DNA of 6,034 nt from a virus (Duplodnaviria; Heunggongvirae; Uroviricota; Caudoviricetes). This document shows positions 5,717 to 6,034 of the stretch, piece after piece. The notes under the pieces are model-generated. The model searched no databases. It saw only the letters and a list, made by a program, of their open reading frames with translations, and was not told the origin of the DNA. The stretch lies in the IMG/VR virus record IMGVR_UViG_2585427743_000017. One strand, written 5' to 3'. Position 1 is the stretch's first letter; each line of letters opens with the position of its first letter. The translations under genes and the position numbers were made by a program.

Positions 5717-6034
5717 TCACTCTCCACATTTGAATGTCAGACGAGCGACGCCATGTAATCCTGCACCTTCTGTCTTCAGGTCAACTATCTGCATTTTTTT
5801 GCCCTGAGTAACACAGAAATGGGCTGCATCATTTTTTACTATATTTTCTGCACCAGATATTCTGCCCCTGGCTAAAGAAGCTTCGGCTTCGGTGTAGTAT
5901 TGGTTATCGAGTTTACGCTGAATATTACTTTTATATGCAAGACCAAATTTACCGATACTTGTCTCATCATTATGCACAGCACAACCAGACACAATAAAAA
6001 TACTAATTAATGATATAGCAGCTATCTTTTTCAT
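5717..6034 (-). CDS. Small lipoprotein of unknown function (105 aa); flanking host gene or cargo gene next to the att site
   Basis: The N-terminus MKKIAAISLISIFIVSGC is a classical lipoprotein signal peptide with a lipobox (VSGC). The ATG is at the window edge, so the RBS is unseen. The coding sequence is AT-rich compared with the prophage. Its length and att-adjacent position are compatible with E. coli yegR, but I cannot confirm that from memory. Confidence 0.6.
   Translation of the reverse strand: MKKIAAISLISIFIVSGCAVHNDETSIGKFGLAYKSNIQRKLDNQYYTEAEASLARGRISGAENIVKNDAAHFCVTQGKKMQIVDLKTEGAGLHGVARLTFKCGE

Noticed and set aside
5514-5729. 71-aa minus-strand ORF spanning the att core and the hairpin region
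   Set aside because: It would put a coding sequence across the att core and both inverted repeats, overlaps the lipoprotein gene end, and has a Cys/Arg-rich composition typical of out-of-frame translation. More likely non-coding.
1-6034. CRISPR arrays or defence-system hotspot cargo (for example old/tin-like or Z/fun-like genes)
   Set aside because: No spaced direct repeats or large unexplained ORFs are present. The window covers the conserved early/immunity/integration module rather than the known variable cargo loci of P2-like phages.

Overview
This window is the integrase-proximal end of a phage P2-type prophage (Peduovirus), cut short by an insertion sequence. On the minus strand sits the early operon: cox, orf78, B, orf80, orf81, orf82 (TraR/DksA-like zinc finger), orf83 and the rolling-circle initiator gene A. 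On the plus strand are the immunity repressor C and the tyrosine integrase int, followed by the 27-bp P2 att core at 5531-5557 and a short flank carrying a small lipoprotein gene. Gene A is truncated after about codon 483 by an IS21-family element, of which only the 3' part of istB and the terminal repeats lie in the window (1 to about 440), so the prophage is predicted to be replication-defective while keeping an intact immunity and integration module. The C/cox intergenic region contains a recognisable face-to-face promoter pair with an 8-bp direct-repeat operator. I do not see a clearly novel multi-gene system; the points most worth follow-up are the IS-disrupted A gene, the coupled orf80-83 cluster, the att-adjacent repeats and hairpins, and the AT-rich lipoprotein gene at the junction. 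All protein identifications are from recall of families and motifs read in the translations, not from database searches.
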